A stretch of DNA of 64,000 nt from Desulfatiglandales bacterium. GTDB lineage: Bacteria; Desulfobacterota; DSM-4660; Desulfatiglandales; HGW-15. The stretch's first letter is position 1. The number at the start of each line of letters is the position of its first letter. A model generated the notes under the pieces. That model did not search any database. It saw only the letters and a program-made list of their open reading frames with translations, and had not been told where the DNA came from. The DNA lies in NCBI GenBank assembly GCA_963667015.2, contig CAXXJJ010000001.1, positions 1,024,001-1,088,000 on the forward strand, read 5' to 3'. Made by a program: the position numbers and the translations under genes. This document shows, piece after piece, positions 59,214 through 64,000 of this stretch.

Positions 59214-59411
59214 ATGGAAAAATTTCATGAGTTATTGGAGTGCCTTTCGTCAAATGATTATCAGGTGAATTATGCCATAGCAAAGTCAAGCAACTCCTGT
59301 ATAATGTGCAGCCGTGAGGTTAAGGGATTTAGAGATGCTGCCACACGTCTGGAATATGACATTTCCGCACTTTGTCAGGAATGCCAGGATGCCTGCTTTG
59401 GCGCAAAGTAG
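59214..59411 (+). CDS. Small Cys-rich, probably Zn-binding protein
   Basis: CIMC...F.D.....EY.ISALCQECQD..FG; GGAG before ATG 59214. Confidence 0.7.
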   Translation: MEKFHELLECLSSNDYQVNYAIAKSSNSCIMCSREVKGFRDAATRLEYDISALCQECQDACFGAK

Positions 59412-59777
59412 ACACTGAGTAGAGATATAATCACATCTGCCGGATTTTATCTGATTTGACCCCGGTATTCTTCCAGTCACGTCCGGTCACGATTCCCGAA
59501 GGAAAATCATATCATATTCTTGTATTACTTTGCATGTTTTATACATAATGCATCATATCAGGCATTAAAACTCTTTTTTTTGCGGTTTGCCGCTTTTTTA
59601 CAGGCATTTTTAATGAAATCTTAACAATAAACCTTCCCCAAAATTATTCTGTTGTGATAGGATGTTGTTCCTTTTATACAAATCTATGAGTGCTATAAGA
59701 ATACAGACACGAAAATTATTGTTAGGATTGGATTAATTCAAAAGGTCCTTTCAGCGCACATGCAGGAGTGGAATACT

Positions 59778-60278
59778 ATGATTGAATCTGATTACTTGAG
59801 GGATAACATTAGTTATGTTGAAAGACTAAGTAAGATGCCATACCTTACAGATTTTTCTGAGAAAGATCTCAAAGGAATTCTTGAATTGAGTAAGATCAGG
59901 AAGTATGAACCGGGCGAGGTGATTTTAAAAGAAGGCAGTTATGACTGCTGGATATATTTTCTTATCAGCGGAAAAATAAAGGTGGCCAAACACAATGAAG
60001 GCCTGAGTATTTTACGACGTACAGGGGACGTATTTGGTGAAATGGGAATAATCGACGGTTCCCCCAGGTCTGCTTCAGTATATGCAATTGATGAGACCGT
60101 CTGCCTTGCAACGGATTCGTCCTTTATAGATAGATTAACCGGACAAGACAAAATTGCCTTTTCCTGTATTCTTTACCGGGTATTTTCCGAGATCCTGGCT
60201 AATCGTTTACGATTAACAAGTGAAGACCTGATATCGGCAAAGGAAGATAGTGATAAACAAAAGGCTGTCAGTATGTAG
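59778..60278 (+). CDS. Stand-alone cyclic nucleotide-binding domain protein
   Basis: YEPGEVILKEG, GDVFGEMG.IDG.PRSASV.A; no HTH; AGGAG before ATG 59778. Confidence 0.9.
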   Translation: MIESDYLRDNISYVERLSKMPYLTDFSEKDLKGILELSKIRKYEPGEVILKEGSYDCWIYFLISGKIKVAKHNEGLSILRRTGDVFGEMGIIDGSPRSASVYAIDETVCLATDSSFIDRLTGQDKIAFSCILYRVFSEILANRLRLTSEDLISAKEDSDKQKAVSM

Positions 60279-60320
60279 GTGTGTAAGTAAATCCCATTTT
60301 AAAATATGGGGAATCAACCA

Positions 60321-60410
60321 ATGAGAGATCTGATAAAGCCCGAGAATGCCGCAGAGGCAAATGTTATCAAAATGATGCTGGAAGAAAACGGAATATCTGA
60401 AGAAATGTAA
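60321..60410 (+). pseudogene. Truncated DUF2007 (putative signal-transducing protein) N-terminus
   Basis: MRDLIKPENAAEANVIKMMLEENGI then a stop after 29 aa. Confidence 0.55.
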
Positions 60411-60695
60411 TCCTCTAACCCTCTTGACAATTTCCGAAAGAGAATTAAATATTTAGGAAATATTCATCGATCGGTGGAGTTTCAATAAATTTCAAAGAAT
60501 GGTTGTATAAAGATAGTTTATACCGGTTTTGGTTAAACTGTTTTTGGACCGGCGCTTCCAGGGTTTTAAGAAGAAAAATATCGTTAGTAAACGTGTAAAT
60601 GTCTCATTTATATAGGATTAATTTTTCAGATGAGCTGCTCTATCTATGTAACAAGTTTTTTAAACAGGTAATATAACAGGAAGGAGGAGAACAAA

Positions 60696-61043
60696 ATGAA
60701 ATTATGGGACAGGATAAAAAGAGGAATGGAGGAAGGTTTTGATGCAGCCCTGACAGCCGTTCATAAGATGACTGAAAAGGCCGGCGAGGGCATAGAACTT
60801 ACCCGGCTGAGAAGGGAAAAGGTAAGACTGGAAACAAGGATTACCCGGCTTCTGGCCCAACTGGGAAATGATGTTTATGAAAAAATATCCGCACAGAGAC
60901 TTGATGATATATCTGAAAAACTGCAGATAAAAGATATTTTGCTGGAAGTTGCGAGAGATGATGCACGAATGGTAGAGATTGATCGACAGCTTGATATCGA
61001 ACTGGAAAAAAAGGAAGAAGAAATTAATAAAGAGAATACATAG
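60696..61043 (+). CDS. Hypothetical coiled-coil protein
   Basis: Strong AGGAGG SD; W..IK.G...G...A...K..E, LG..VYE pattern. Confidence 0.75.
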   Translation: MKLWDRIKRGMEEGFDAALTAVHKMTEKAGEGIELTRLRREKVRLETRITRLLAQLGNDVYEKISAQRLDDISEKLQIKDILLEVARDDARMVEIDRQLDIELEKKEEEINKENT

Positions 61044-61100
61044 GGTCAGGGTCGGCATCGACGGTCATCCCATACTGAAAGGAGCGAACCTGCTTTTTGG

Positions 61101-61128
61101 GTAGGGGCACGACGCATCGTGCCCTTAC
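61101..61128 (+). repeat. GTAG-type REP palindrome
   Basis: GTAG-gggcacga-cgca-tcgtgccc-ttac. Confidence 0.7.
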
Positions 61129-61328
61129 AGTTAAAGCGTAGAAATGACATTTTACCAAGAATTTAAGTAATCAGTATTCCAAAGCGGCTTGCGAGTGAAT
61201 AGTGTATATTTTCTATCCTGCAAGCCGCTTTAATACATTCCCTTACCCCCTTGCCCCCTTGATTCCTCGGCACTTATCTTTTTAATTGATCATTGAAAGT
61301 CGATATGCTATTAAGACTTTTTCCAAAC

Positions 61329-61405
61329 GCGCTCATAGCTCAGTTGGATAGAGTGACGGACTACGAATCCGTAGGTCGCAGGTTCGAATCCTGCTGAGCG
61401 CGCCA
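61329..61405 (+). tRNA. tRNA-Arg(ACG)
   Basis: gcgctca...acgga-ctACGaa-tccgt...ggttcgaatcc...tgagcgc-gCCA. Confidence 0.97.
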
Positions 61406-61567
61406 TTAAAATCAACAGGTTACGGCTTTTCGGCTGTGACCTTTTTTATTTATATGCTAAGTAATATTGAAAAAATGACTCTATAATATTTTCAAAAATA
61501 AAAGCTAAACGGAGATTTGATGGCCTCTTCACAGCTATCAACCACAGAGATGTGTGAAAGGAATTAT

Positions 61568-62152
61568 ATGAGAAAACTGCAATTACTTTTGATTTTTACT
61601 TTGATTGTTCCGTTTTATTCCCCTGTTTATGCATTTGAATACGACAGTGCTAATGAACCAGTATATAAATTGGATGAGGTTGACTCATATCCAAAAATTA
61701 AAAAAGCAGCCCCTCCACGTTGGCCAAAAAAACTGCGAATATATGAAGGGCGTGTCAAGCTGAGGTTTGTCCTAACAAAAGGAGGTAAATTTAGAGACAT
61801 AGAAATAACTCAATCAATACCGAATGGCGTCTTCGATCAATACGCTCTTGAAGCTTTGCAGAAATATCGTATTAAGCCAGCTATAAAAGATGGGAAAACA
61901 GTTGGTTGTTTTCTCAACTTACCTATAGAATTTGAATTGCGAGATACAGTGACTACATTTGATGCCTATAAAGATATTGAAAAAGGTTCACTGTATATAA
62001 ATAAGGGTGAATACGACAAGGCAATAGAAGCGTTCAATGAGGCACTCAGTATTGATAATAGATATAGCTCAGCTTATTCAGGTAGGGGATTTGATTATGC
62101 CAAAAAGGCTGGCAAATGTGATGCTGAGGCAGCAACAGAAGTGAAGAATTAA
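61568..62152 (+). CDS. Signal peptide + TonB C-terminal domain + TPR protein (TPR part may be truncated)
   Basis: P.WP.....EG.V.L.F.....G...DI.I..S.P...FD..A..A...Y...PA..DG..V; G.Y.KAIE.F..AL.I....S.AY..RG. Confidence 0.8.
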   Translation: MRKLQLLLIFTLIVPFYSPVYAFEYDSANEPVYKLDEVDSYPKIKKAAPPRWPKKLRIYEGRVKLRFVLTKGGKFRDIEITQSIPNGVFDQYALEALQKYRIKPAIKDGKTVGCFLNLPIEFELRDTVTTFDAYKDIEKGSLYINKGEYDKAIEAFNEALSIDNRYSSAYSGRGFDYAKKAGKCDAEAATEVKN

Positions 62153-62173
62153 TATAGAGTTGTGAAAAGGGAT

Positions 62174-62416
62174 CTAAACTTCTGAAGCAAACCTATCCAG
62201 AACAATGAGACATTTAAATGTGGAAATGGGGACACCGCTGAAGTCATTCTTAAATACCAGCCTCCTTTTCAGGGTCTTGCCGGTTGCCGTTCCATAAAAT
62301 GCATAATGGGTTTCCTTCCCAACATCTATCCATACAAGCAAATATTTCTCTGATCCTCTTACCTCTTTCCTTATTTGATGAAATTCCTTAATCCTGCTAA
62401 TCTCATCTACATTCAT
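62174..62416 (-). pseudogene. IS110-family transposase N-terminal remnant
   Basis: YLLVWIDVGKETHYA...F.ND..G (DEDD RuvC-like N-terminus, GID changed to WID); homology ends after about 60 aa. Confidence 0.75.
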
Positions 62417-62616
62417 TGAAACCTCCTGTCTTAAGTAAGTTGATTTGGTAATCCTCTTTTCTTAACAGGAGGTTTCTTTTTTGATAGATAGTAAAGTATT
62501 TTTTATTCTGCTAAGTTCGGTCGTATAACTTTTGAACGTTTTGATATATAACACTGCTCGGTTATAAGATTAACAGTTGCAACCATATACCCGAACAGCG
62601 TCACTATAAATTTTTT

Positions 62617-63984
62617 TTAATATTGATTCATGGGTGGAACCCTTGCATTCCTTTGTTTTACTATCTCATCGAGAGGTACAGTATCGCCGTTTAAAAACAG
62701 CTTCCCGTCCTTTGTTTCGATTTTATTAACAAGGTAATCCCCTTCCTTTACAAAAAGACCGGTCTTCATCTGCGGAAAAGCAGGCTGGACAAGCTGCGGC
62801 TTATCACTGGCAAGCCCGGCAGGCAGGCTGATATCGGTTTTTATATAAAACACATCGAGCAGGGACTGAGGTTCATTAATGAGTGGTAAAAACTGTGCAA
62901 AGGTCATATCCTTTAAGAGCTTCAAGGTGAAAGCACCGTTGATCTCTCCCTGCGGCAGTTTTATATGTCCATCAGAAAGCTGGAGTTCAAGGTCCTTTTT
63001 CAGAAGCTTTTCATAGGCAGCCGTCAACTTTAAACTTATCTGTGCCATTTCTCTCTTCATTTGATCGTTATTAGTTGAGTAGGGATCTTTAAAATTAATC
63101 TTTGACATCATACTGGATGTCGCTTTCATATACTGGTCTTTGAATTCTTCCAGCGCATCCAGTTTTATTCCATCTACAACGATATGAAGGGATGCTTCAT
63201 CTGCCTTAAAGTCCTTTGCCCTGATGCTGTTAAAGCTGTAGAGCTGTTCAGTTCTCAGTGAATTTGCATCCCTGTCTATATTTGAAAGGGAATGCATTTT
63301 AATATCGGAAATCTCAAAATCGGTGTTGTTTTCTTTAACTTTAAAGCCTTTGAAATTAACATCAGCTTCTCCAATCCAGGTTGAACCGGATGCCAGGCTC
63401 ATATCTCCATTTAAGGATATTTCACCTAAAGATGCCTTTGGGCCTACATCAAAACCCTTCCAGATTCCGGAAAATTTTATATTGTTCATTTTTCTGCTGG
63501 CAGATACGTTTACTTTACCATCCAATACGTGAAGATTATCATCTTTCAGAGTGATTGAAAAATTATCCAGCGTTATGGTTGATTCTACTCTTCCCAGAAT
63601 GTTGTAGTAAGATTCAATATGAAGCGGGTCCCTGCCACCGAGTTTATCATTTACAAAAGAACTGTAACCGGGATTCTCTTTAAGGTCAACCGTTGAAACA
63701 ACCCCCATTAAACCATGCTTTGCATGCTCCCTGATGATTACTGTATCAATCCCATACATTTTTTTTGCCGCGCCCAAATCCAGTTTCAATTCGATATCGG
63801 TGTGGGAATAACCACGGTCATACCTGGTAATCTCAATGGAATATCCAATGGGATTATTTACCTGCATGGCATTAGCGTTCTCGACAGCCTGCTTAAATAC
63901 GCGTTCCATAAGTATGCCGTTTACAAATGGTAAACCGGCTGCAATAAGGACAATTAATACAATAACCGCTAATAGTTTTTTCAT
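62617..63984 (-). CDS. YdgA/DUF945 family protein
   Basis: MKK + hydrophobic N-terminus, YDRG, HG, terminal G.L.LNG..VP. Confidence 0.8.
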   Translation of the reverse strand: MKKLLAVIVLIVLIAAGLPFVNGILMERVFKQAVENANAMQVNNPIGYSIEITRYDRGYSHTDIELKLDLGAAKKMYGIDTVIIREHAKHGLMGVVSTVDLKENPGYSSFVNDKLGGRDPLHIESYYNILGRVESTITLDNFSITLKDDNLHVLDGKVNVSASRKMNNIKFSGIWKGFDVGPKASLGEISLNGDMSLASGSTWIGEADVNFKGFKVKENNTDFEISDIKMHSLSNIDRDANSLRTEQLYSFNSIRAKDFKADEASLHIVVDGIKLDALEEFKDQYMKATSSMMSKINFKDPYSTNNDQMKREMAQISLKLTAAYEKLLKKDLELQLSDGHIKLPQGEINGAFTLKLLKDMTFAQFLPLINEPQSLLDVFYIKTDISLPAGLASDKPQLVQPAFPQMKTGLFVKEGDYLVNKIETKDGKLFLNGDTVPLDEIVKQRNARVPPMNQY

Positions 63985-64000
63985 AATATGTTATCCTCCA

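Overview
64-kb chromosomal segment from an anaerobic bacterium, most consistent with a Desulfobacterota/deltaproteobacterium (inferred from gene content). The left part (1-25.5 kb) is dominated by an aldehyde/alcohol redox region: tungsten-type AOR + MoaD/ThiS, a Zn alcohol dehydrogenase, and a rearranged mop (Mo aldehyde oxidoreductase) cluster of the Desulfovibrio DVU_1553-1559 type. That cluster has a Tes-like radical SAM (TrsS), DUF5714 Cys-rich protein, CoA ligase, methyltransferase and dicluster oxidoreductase, a membrane polyferredoxin, and a divergent tandem MoaF gene. At 25.7-28.6 kb an integrase-less 2.5-kb mini-island sits at tRNA-Thr(CGT), bounded by long direct repeats that include the tRNA 3' half and an addiction-module antitoxin; it carries a phage antirepressor-like ORF and a decayed cooC. 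The rest is mostly core genes (addB-like with an internal TAA, mtaB, ispG, rel, rpmB, mpl, Gld-like ABC system, fchA-folD, rsmG with an apparent CTG start, murA, comEC), FHA/GAF/cyclase signalling genes, a RelE-type TA pair, tRNA-Val(CAC), tRNA-Arg(ACG) and an IS110 remnant. All family calls come from motif recognition by eye; no database searches were run.
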